Origin: Minisyncoccota bacterium | Lineage (GTDB): Bacteria; Patescibacteriota; Minisyncoccia; Phycocordibacterales; VMEP01 | Reading direction: 5' to 3' | Assembly (NCBI GenBank): GCA_041661305.1 | Contig: JBAZUR010000001.1 | Coordinates: 387,684 to 451,683, forward strand | Length of the DNA: 64,000 bases | Part shown: positions 58,082-64,000 of the stretch, one piece after another | Layout: each line of letters begins with the position of its first letter | How positions within the stretch are numbered: position 1 is the stretch's first letter | Notes under the pieces: generated by a model | What the model saw: only the letters and a program-made list of their open reading frames with translations | The model's database searches: none | Told to the model about the DNA's origin: nothing | Position numbers and translations under genes: made by a program

Positions 58082-59193
58082 GATGTTATCAATTTAGTAA
58101 ATTTTTCTGCCACAACCAAAACATCGTAATTAATCGCGTGAATAGCTAATTTTTCTGCCATTAAATCACCATCTGTCTTGCTTTGGTTAAGTAGTAAGTC
58201 AATCTTTTCAACAAAACCTTCTGTGTCACCAACAGTAACCATATTACCGTGAACCACTTGAGGAATGATATCACGTACTGCCCCAACGTCGCTTGCAACA
58301 AATGGTATGCCGAGTGCCATCGCCTCAAGAATCACGCGAGGAAAACCCTCCTCTTCTGAGGGCATAAAAAATATGTCTGAGGCAACAAAATATTCCGGCA
58401 ATTCTCGGTTTGCCACCGCGCCAACCAGCCGAACATTTTTTTCAAGCCCTTTATTTTTTATTTCCCTTCGCAAAAAATTTTCATCTGGACCAGAACCAGC
58501 AACAATAAAAATAGTATTTTGGCGCGCTCGAATAATCTCTAAGGCCACAGGTAAAATCATTCGTGACCCCTTGCGTGGAGAAAGGCGGTGGGCAAACAAA
58601 ATAACTTTTCCATCCTGTGGAATATCTAATTTCTTGCGAGCTTCTTCTTTGGAAAGAATACTTTTAAAACGTCTAAGGTCTATCCAATTTGGCATAACCA
58701 AAACTGATTCTCTTTTTATTCCATAGTGTTCCGCATATTTATCCGCAAGAGAAGGTGCGCCCGTTACCAAGTGTGTTACCATCTTGTAAACTGATCTCTC
58801 AAAAAATTCTCTCAAAAAATTGCGTTTATATTTCCATGGCTCTCCACAATTCCAATAAAAAACTCGTCCGCCGAAAATTTTTATAGTGATGGCTGCAAAA
58901 AATGCCGAGAGAAATGAATAATGAACATAGAAATCTCTGTACCCAGAAAAACATGCCAGCAAAAGAATAACTTTGGTTTCAATTATCCTGAACATAATAA
59001 ACCTAGACTTTAAAACATATGATTTTTTATAACCCAAAGACACGGGTGGTTTTGACCCTTTTTCGATCACTAGATATATATCGAAAATACCCCCTATTTC
59101 CTTCAAAAAGTCATGTATATGCGAAAAATGAGACGCATCAGCAGTCTCGTAGCGCGGAAGAATATAACATAGTTTTGGCTTCATATAAGGCAT
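58078..59193 (-). CDS. Glycosyltransferase family 4
   Basis: RLSPRKG, PSEEEGFPRVILEAMALG. Confidence 0.92.
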   Translation of the reverse strand: MPYMKPKLCYILPRYETADASHFSHIHDFLKEIGGIFDIYLVIEKGSKPPVSLGYKKSYVLKSRFIMFRIIETKVILLLACFSGYRDFYVHYSFLSAFFAAITIKIFGGRVFYWNCGEPWKYKRNFLREFFERSVYKMVTHLVTGAPSLADKYAEHYGIKRESVLVMPNWIDLRRFKSILSKEEARKKLDIPQDGKVILFAHRLSPRKGSRMILPVALEIIRARQNTIFIVAGSGPDENFLRREIKNKGLEKNVRLVGAVANRELPEYFVASDIFFMPSEEEGFPRVILEAMALGIPFVASDVGAVRDIIPQVVHGNMVTVGDTEGFVEKIDLLLNQSKTDGDLMAEKLAIHAINYDVLVVAEKFTKLITS

Positions 59194-59234
59194 TATGGGG
59201 CGAAAAGGTGCTGTGTCAAAGCTCTATATCTGGA

Positions 59235-60389
59235 TTACCTAAAACAGCTCGCCCACGATTCCTGCATCTTTTTTAGATACTCTTCTTTTTCCAAACGAAG
59301 AACTTGTATTGCCTCTTGGGCGCTCGTGGCACATTCTTTTCTCGCTTGTGGATCATTTATAAAATGCTCCATATTATTAACAAAACAATCAACATCTCCA
59401 CTATCACAAACCAAAATATCTTTATCCTTCTGCAAAATATCTCCAACGATTCCCACGTCACTAGAAATAATCGGGCAAAGAGACGCAGCCGCTTCAACAA
59501 GCGTCATTCCAAATCCTTCATAGTTTGAAGGGAGAATAAAAGTGTCTGCTGTTTTGTAATACGAAATCATTTCGTTTTGCCAAGACTCAAGGACGACGTT
59601 TCCGCCCAATTTGTAATTTTTAATTTTAAATTTTAAGTTACTCTCTTCGGGCCCTGAGCCAACAACGACAAGCCCGACGTTGGGATATTTTTTTACTAAA
59701 CTACTCATCGCCTCCAAAACCACGCCGATATTCTTTTCACGAGTTAATCTTGAGGCAACGAGAAAAATAAAATCAAACTGAGGATATCTTTTATGTAAAT
59801 CAATAACTGGATTTACTTTACGAATGCTTTCTACATCAACAAAAATTGGAAGAATGGTTGGGGTATTTGTTAGACGATAGTTATTAGTCTTTAGGGAAGA
59901 AGAAATGCGCCTGGAAACAACACGGATACCGTCTGAGCGCGGAAGCAGAAATCTTGAAATCATAACGCGAAATTTATTCAAAAAAGATTCACTTCGAAAA
60001 TATGGACTTAAAAAATCAGTATGAATTTGAAGCTGTAGCTTTGATTTTGTTTTTTTAGATATACCCCAAGCGACAAAACCATTTTCAAAAGGGTCCTGCG
60101 CAGTAATCAGATAACCGTCGCCACCTAAACCAAAGTCCTTGGTGAGATACACACCTAAACGGTACGCCTTAAATAACGAGAGTATTTTAAAACGAGAAGT
60201 TACGGAATAAACAAAAACATTTTCGCTAATTCTTAATCTTTGTTTTTTATCGATATTTTTTTCTCCTGACTTTCCCACTACCAATACGTAGAGCTTGTCG
60301 CAAATAGTTCCGTAAGAAACCATGCGCGCTCGAACGGCGCTTCCCCCCTCGAGAATATTCTTGTCAGTAGAAATCATTATCACTTTCAT
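59235..60389 (-). CDS. Glycosyltransferase family 4
   Basis: SRLTREKN, PSNYEGFGMTLVEA; ATG at 60389 (MKVIMIS) preferred over the track TTG at 60398. Confidence 0.92.
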   Translation of the reverse strand: MKVIMISTDKNILEGGSAVRARMVSYGTICDKLYVLVVGKSGEKNIDKKQRLRISENVFVYSVTSRFKILSLFKAYRLGVYLTKDFGLGGDGYLITAQDPFENGFVAWGISKKTKSKLQLQIHTDFLSPYFRSESFLNKFRVMISRFLLPRSDGIRVVSRRISSSLKTNNYRLTNTPTILPIFVDVESIRKVNPVIDLHKRYPQFDFIFLVASRLTREKNIGVVLEAMSSLVKKYPNVGLVVVGSGPEESNLKFKIKNYKLGGNVVLESWQNEMISYYKTADTFILPSNYEGFGMTLVEAAASLCPIISSDVGIVGDILQKDKDILVCDSGDVDCFVNNMEHFINDPQARKECATSAQEAIQVLRLEKEEYLKKMQESWASCFR

Positions 60390-60646
60390 CCCGTACAAAA
60401 TAGGAAACGCTTTAAACGCGACTTTATAAAACGTTTACCTCTTCCAGCTTTTAAACATAACTCTCTCGACCTTGCATCTTCTTCGTCAAGACACGCTTCG
60501 TAATAAATCAACTCGTAAGGGCCACGTCCTTTCGTATATGTAGATTTACTATCGTTGTGCTCCTTAAAGCGTTTCCGTAAATTACTCGTATATCCCGTAT
60601 ACAACTTACCATCTTTTTTGCTTTTTAATACATAGGTGTAAAACAT
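60386..60646 (-). CDS. Stand-alone GIY-YIG nuclease
   Basis: YTYVLKS...LYTGYT.NL.KR..EHN, YYEA, RE..LK. Confidence 0.93.
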   Translation of the reverse strand: MFYTYVLKSKKDGKLYTGYTSNLRKRFKEHNDSKSTYTKGRGPYELIYYEACLDEEDARSRELCLKAGRGKRFIKSRLKRFLFCTG

Positions 60647-60668
60647 AACAATGTTATTTTGTACGGGA
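60389..60668 (-). mobile_element. 280-bp element carrying only the GIY-YIG gene, with perfect 14-bp terminal inverted repeats
   Basis: tcccgtacaaaata (60389-60402) and tattttgtacggga (60655-60668); sits between two GT4 genes. Confidence 0.75.
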
Positions 60669-60675
60669 CAGGTTC

Positions 60676-61779
60676 CTAAAAAGATAGGGCCTTAATCGTC
60701 TCTTTTAACATACGTTCGCGATTAAATAAAACCACAGTACTCTTAGCGTTCCCCACCAATTCATCAGAAAAGGCCTCATTAAGCAGAATTTTCTCAACCG
60801 AGCGTACAATTGCATCTCTGTCGTCTAGCTCCACCAAAATGCCATTTTTCCCGTTTTCTATCACCTCCGGATTCCCACCAATATTAGTCGTCACGATTGG
60901 TGTCCCAAGCGCCATAACCTCAAGCAATTGGTGCGAAAAGCCCTCGTAGGCGGTGTTTAAAACAAATACCGAGGCACTCTTTATATATTTAAAAAGCTTC
61001 TCCTGAGAAAGAGCTCCTGCCAAAAAAACAGAAGATTCCAAACCAAGCTCTTTAATTGCCCCCTCAAGTTTTCTCCTCTCTTTCCCTTCTCCTGCAATAA
61101 TCAATTTAATATCTGGAAAATGTTTAATGAGCCTTGGCATAAGCGCCACAAGCGTCAAAAAACCTTTCCACGGGACAAGTCTCCCGGCTGACAATATAAT
61201 TCTCTCTCGCTTAGTTTCATCTATGTCTGTTTTAATCTCTCCGTCAAAAGAGTTATAAACAACCGTTATTTTATTTTTATCAATTCCCCAATTAGAAACT
61301 ATCTGTTTTAAATATTTACTCGGTACAATAATTTTATCCGCTCTTTCTGCAACTTTAGTTTCAATATATTTTAAAATAAAAACAAACAAACCATACCCGC
61401 CTCTCTTTTTTGAAAATTCATCAAGCAAGTCTTTTACTTGAAACCTTGAAACTCCTTGCTCCCAGGCGTAATCACCAACAATTTTCAAAACAAATTTCTT
61501 CCGTAAAAATTTTGACGCAATCATCGCAGGAAAACCAACCGATACTGGATCTTGAGCATAAATCACATCGCATCCGCGCGCCCGTAAAATTGTTTTAACA
61601 AAATAAACAAAATGTCGAATAAGTTTTGGTAGATAACGTACCTCACCAAAACTCAAAACATCAACATCAATCCCCTTCTTTGGTAACTCTTCAAAAAGCG
61701 CCAAGCTATACGAAGCTGGTCCACCAATATCTGGCGGATAAATTCCTGTGGCGATAAGTATTTTTTTGTTAGTAGTCAT
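60676..61779 (-). CDS. Glycosyltransferase family 4
   Basis: YPPDIGGPA, GRLVPWKG, YEGFSHQLLEVMALG. Confidence 0.92.
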   Translation of the reverse strand: MTTNKKILIATGIYPPDIGGPASYSLALFEELPKKGIDVDVLSFGEVRYLPKLIRHFVYFVKTILRARGCDVIYAQDPVSVGFPAMIASKFLRKKFVLKIVGDYAWEQGVSRFQVKDLLDEFSKKRGGYGLFVFILKYIETKVAERADKIIVPSKYLKQIVSNWGIDKNKITVVYNSFDGEIKTDIDETKRERIILSAGRLVPWKGFLTLVALMPRLIKHFPDIKLIIAGEGKERRKLEGAIKELGLESSVFLAGALSQEKLFKYIKSASVFVLNTAYEGFSHQLLEVMALGTPIVTTNIGGNPEVIENGKNGILVELDDRDAIVRSVEKILLNEAFSDELVGNAKSTVVLFNRERMLKETIKALSF

Positions 61780-62997
61780 CTATTTTTTACTTTCAAAAAG
61801 TTTATCGAAAACGTTTTCTTTCATATCCTTCGAAATAGTATCCCAATCATATTTTTCCTGCACTAACCTTAACCCATTTACAACCAACTTCTCCTTAATC
61901 TCTTTGTTGTTTACAAGGCTTTCTGCTTGTTTAGCAATCCCCTTTGGGTCGCGAACCTTTACAGCAAGGCCAGTTGGTTCTTTATCTTTATTAATTTCTG
62001 GGTCAAAGAGAAAATCTGAAATTCCACCTTCTTGTGTGGCAATTACAGGTAATCCCGCTGCCATCGCTTCAATAAAAGAAATGCCAAAACCCTCTGAAAG
62101 AGACGGCCTAATAAAAATATCAGATATTTTTAAATATTTTAGTATCTCTTTATTATCTATTTCACCTAAAAAAATAACCCTTGAGGATACTCCAAGATTT
62201 TGAGCAAGCATCCTCAACTCGTCCTCATCTGGACCAATTCCAATTACAAGGAATTTATATCTTTCTGGTAAATCAACAAGGGATTTAATAACATCGTCTA
62301 CCGCATTTTTCTTCACCAACCTAGAGGTTGTAACCATATAAACGTCATTCTCTTTTTTACCTAGTTTATTTTTTAACTCAGTAAGTTCTGTATCTCCAAC
62401 TATTTGTGAAAAATGTTTTACGTTTACGGCATTCGGAATCACAACACCAAAACCCTTAAACCCCATATCTCTTCCCCATCCCATAAGGAAAGTGGAAATT
62501 GTTTGCAAAACAGTAGCCCGCCTAAATCCCGCCACAAAAAGCGGATAAATTGGCAACATTTTTCGTTTTATATATTTAATTGGATCTCCCTCCTGAAGAG
62601 TCAGGACGTACGGCACTTCTCTGTGCATCATGTTAAAAATCGCAGCAGGAACAGCACAGGAATGAGCCATCATTGCCCATACTCCATCGTAACTATTCTT
62701 TCTATGAAGCTCAGCTGCCTTAAAAGCCGAGCTAAACTGAAATAAAAATTTATTTAAATGAAGAGGAAACTTTCCTAAATCAGATATCTTTGGATTGTTT
62801 GTTGTAAAACCAATACGATAGACTGTCACATTTCCTATCCTTTCAATCTCAGGTAGTTTTTTGTCGTAACGAAGCGTCACCATGTCAAAAGAAATATCTT
62901 CTGGTTTAAATCTGTCGGTAATTTCCTTTATAGCCACCTCCGCTCCTCCGATAAATCTTGGGTAATATGAGAGTGAAAAAATTAATATTTTTTTCAT
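61780..62997 (-). CDS. Glycosyltransferase family 4
   Basis: GGAE, SRLVKKN, PSLSEGFGISFIEAMAAG. Confidence 0.92.
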   Translation of the reverse strand: MKKILIFSLSYYPRFIGGAEVAIKEITDRFKPEDISFDMVTLRYDKKLPEIERIGNVTVYRIGFTTNNPKISDLGKFPLHLNKFLFQFSSAFKAAELHRKNSYDGVWAMMAHSCAVPAAIFNMMHREVPYVLTLQEGDPIKYIKRKMLPIYPLFVAGFRRATVLQTISTFLMGWGRDMGFKGFGVVIPNAVNVKHFSQIVGDTELTELKNKLGKKENDVYMVTTSRLVKKNAVDDVIKSLVDLPERYKFLVIGIGPDEDELRMLAQNLGVSSRVIFLGEIDNKEILKYLKISDIFIRPSLSEGFGISFIEAMAAGLPVIATQEGGISDFLFDPEINKDKEPTGLAVKVRDPKGIAKQAESLVNNKEIKEKLVVNGLRLVQEKYDWDTISKDMKENVFDKLFESKK

Positions 62998-62999
62998 TT

Positions 63000-63872
63000 T
63001 TACGCCTTATTATTTTTGATTGACTGAATATATTCCTTTATATCCTCTTCTGTCTTCCATCCTAACAGCTTTGACTTTGAAATATTTAAGGCTGCACCCA
63101 TTCTATTCCCTTTTCTTTCTGGAAGCATTTTTATTTCAGAGCCAAACATTTGAGCTATCTCTAAGATACTGTACGAACGCTCATCACCTAACCCATACTC
63201 ATCCCCCTCTCCTTTTTCTCCAACCAAAACAAGACCACGTACAATATCTTTTACGTGAGTAAAATTACGAACCTGTGTTCCAGGGAGAACCACCGATAGC
63301 GGTTCTCCATTTTTAAACTTTTCAGAAAAAATACCGATAACGGTGGCATATGAACCAGTTGAGATCTCTCGTGGTCCATAAACATTGTAAAAATAAGTAA
63401 TCGCATACGGAACGTTAAACCAATCTCCATAATTAACCACAAGATCTGTGTTCGACGCCTTGGTCCAAGCATATGGACTTTGATATCTACCTAAGCCGTT
63501 ATCACCAAACTTTGTACTTGAACCTGCGTAAATAATTTTTGAATTATGCTTCCTGGCGAACTCAAGCACTGCAAAAGTACCAACAATATTAAAATCCCAA
63601 ACCGTTGGGACATCATTAAAACTTTGTTCCACCCTAGAATATTCTCCTAAGTGGTAGATGATATCTGGTTTTTCTGAGACGTGTTTATCTATGTCTTTTG
63701 TATGTCCCTCCCTGTAATCAACACCTTCTATATGATTCTCTTTTTTCCCGGTAAAATAATTGTCTAAAGAAATTATTTTGTGCCCACTTTTAACAAGCTC
63801 TTCGCATAAGTAAGAACCAATAAAACCGGCTCCGCCGGTTACAAGAATTATTTTTTTATTTTCGCTACTCAT
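63000..63872 (-). CDS. NAD-dependent epimerase/dehydratase
   Basis: TGGAGFIG, SPYAWTK, YNVYGP, RNFTHV.D. Confidence 0.92.
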   Translation of the reverse strand: MSSENKKIILVTGGAGFIGSYLCEELVKSGHKIISLDNYFTGKKENHIEGVDYREGHTKDIDKHVSEKPDIIYHLGEYSRVEQSFNDVPTVWDFNIVGTFAVLEFARKHNSKIIYAGSSTKFGDNGLGRYQSPYAWTKASNTDLVVNYGDWFNVPYAITYFYNVYGPREISTGSYATVIGIFSEKFKNGEPLSVVLPGTQVRNFTHVKDIVRGLVLVGEKGEGDEYGLGDERSYSILEIAQMFGSEIKMLPERKGNRMGAALNISKSKLLGWKTEEDIKEYIQSIKNNKA

Positions 63873-63913
63873 AAGTTCTGCAAACTATATAACTAATACA
63901 AGAAAAGGCAACG

Positions 63914-64000
63914 CTAGCTCACATCCTCTTCAATATCAAAATCATCGGCGGAAAGTTCGTCTGGTTTTTTACCAGAAGACGCGCCACTAAACATAATACC
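63914..64000 (-). CDS. 3' end of an unidentified gene entering from the right edge
   Basis: Open frame GIMFSGASSGKKPDELSADDFDIEEDVS*; too short to identify. Confidence 0.45.
   Translation of the reverse strand, partial: GIMFSGASSGKKPDELSADDFDIEEDVS

Noticed and set aside
1-64000. TGA recoding (code 25) as in Gracilibacteria/Absconditabacteria
   Set aside because: Conserved genes are full length in code 11, and TGA acts as a stop in ATGA overlaps.

Overview
AT-rich chromosomal window that most resembles a Patescibacteria/CPR (Parcubacteria-like) genome. This is an inference from gene content; genes read in standard code 11. 1-13 kb holds the partial gene for a giant Thr-rich surface protein with an N-terminal HTH, housekeeping genes (lepB, gatB, obgE, an MTH1-like Nudix, secA, murB), a 24-aa Lys/Ala peptide gene and several palindromic or structured intergenic elements. 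13-23 kb holds an O-antigen-ligase/TPR protein, two large secreted proteins (one with a lipase-like domain and a coupled partner gene) and a wHTH + Cas2/PaaX-like gene. 23.7-64 kb is a mosaic glycan locus of about 40 kb (gmd, fcl, wzm/wzt, gmhA, hddA, ColD-like and TPP-dependent enzymes, a B12 radical SAM, many glycosyl- and methyltransferases). Two signals stand out. (1) The Cas2/PaaX-like gene is bracketed by loopless perfect palindromes of 50 and 58 bp that share an identical 38-bp core. (2) A 280-bp GIY-YIG-only element has perfect 14-bp terminal inverted repeats, and a 129-bp relative without the nuclease gene lies elsewhere in the window; both end exactly on the start codon of a glycosyltransferase gene. 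No rRNA, tRNA or CRISPR array was recognised. All family assignments come from motif recognition by eye, not database searches.
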